Shown here piece after piece: positions 36,027 through 36,314 of a stretch of 36,314 nucleotides of DNA. A program made the translations under genes and the position numbers. The notes below the pieces were generated by a model. That model had not been told where the DNA came from, searched no databases, and saw only the letters and a list, made by a program, of their open reading frames with translations. Source of the stretch: an uncultured Staphylococcaceae bacterium. Its GTDB lineage: Bacteria; Bacillota_I; Bacilli_A; RFN20; CAG-826. The stretch spans positions 1 through 36,314 of the forward strand of contig CAYJDS010000002.1 in the NCBI GenBank assembly GCA_964369015.1, given 5' to 3'. Position 1 is the stretch's first letter, and each line of letters begins with the position of its first letter.

Positions 36027-36314
36027 TTAGTATCCTAATAGTTTTTGTAATATTTTTGGGTTACTTCGCCAGGAAGGTTCAACTTTTACAGTAATTTCTA
36101 GTAAGACAGTTTTATTAAAGAATTTACTTAATTCATACTGCGCCTGTAGTCTAATCCGTTTAATCATTTTTGCGCCTTTTCCAATGATAATTCCTTTTTG
36201 GCCGTCTTTTTCCGTATAAATTGAAAGAAAGGCTTCAATCTTCTTTTCGCCTTCACTTACTTTATCAGTAACGACGGCGACACTAAAGGGAACTTCTTCT
36301 TCAGTTAAGACAAT
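36027..36314 (-). CDS. era: GTPase Era, C-terminal KH domain (5'-truncated by the window edge)
   Basis: My own translation of the minus strand gives ...EEVPFSVAVVTDKV...YTEKDGQKGIIIGKGAKMIKRI...LEITVKVEPSWRSNPKILQKLLGY*. It has the VIGxxGxxI-type KH motif, and the W-R-after-VKV ending is typical of Era. Confidence 0.85.
   Translation of the reverse strand: MVLTEEEVPFSVAVVTDKVSEGEKKIEAFLSIYTEKDGQKGIIIGKGAKMIKRIRLQAQYELSKFFNKTVLLEITVKVEPSWRSNPKILQKLLGY

Overview
This is a 36.3-kb chromosomal window from a low-GC Firmicutes- or Mollicutes-like genome that uses the standard code (TGA acts as a stop, for example at the end of nusB). The exact organism cannot be named from the sequence alone. The content is almost entirely housekeeping and sits in classic Bacillus-type synteny blocks. 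On the + strand: rel, a T-box leader, hisS-aspS-tkt, an asp23-like gene, a membrane protein, nusB-xseA-xseB, dinB-xerD and deoB. On the - strand: yqeG-yqeH-yhbY-nadD/yqeK, parE-parC (divergent from plsY), rpmG-efp-yneF, and era-recO / glyQS-dnaG-sigA-trmK-nif3-DEAD helicase-nfo. All CDS left of about 14.9 kb are on +. Nearly all CDS right of it are on -. They converge on a 280-bp AT-rich gap that holds a 28-bp sequence matching B. subtilis dif at 22/28 positions, so I read this window as the replication terminus. I found no CRISPR array, tRNA or rRNA gene, or recognisable multi-gene defence or secondary-metabolite system. The non-housekeeping or unusual items are these: (1) a solitary MazF/PemK-fold gene with a 55-aa N-terminal extension and no antitoxin ORF, right next to dif; (2) a stop-codon-rich motif (core ATTAGTAGTTT) that recurs after stop codons in gene sense, including two 39-bp copies that differ at 1 nt; (3) a 332-bp repeat-dense segment between recO and glyQS with MITE-like 10-bp inverted ends, a 5-bp flanking duplication and iteron-like 23-bp repeats; (4) protein-level oddities, namely a His/Cys-rich tail on HisRS, an internal duplication in SigA, a non-canonical EF-P loop and a NadD-YqeK fusion. 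Every functional claim comes from motif recognition by eye and needs database or experimental confirmation.
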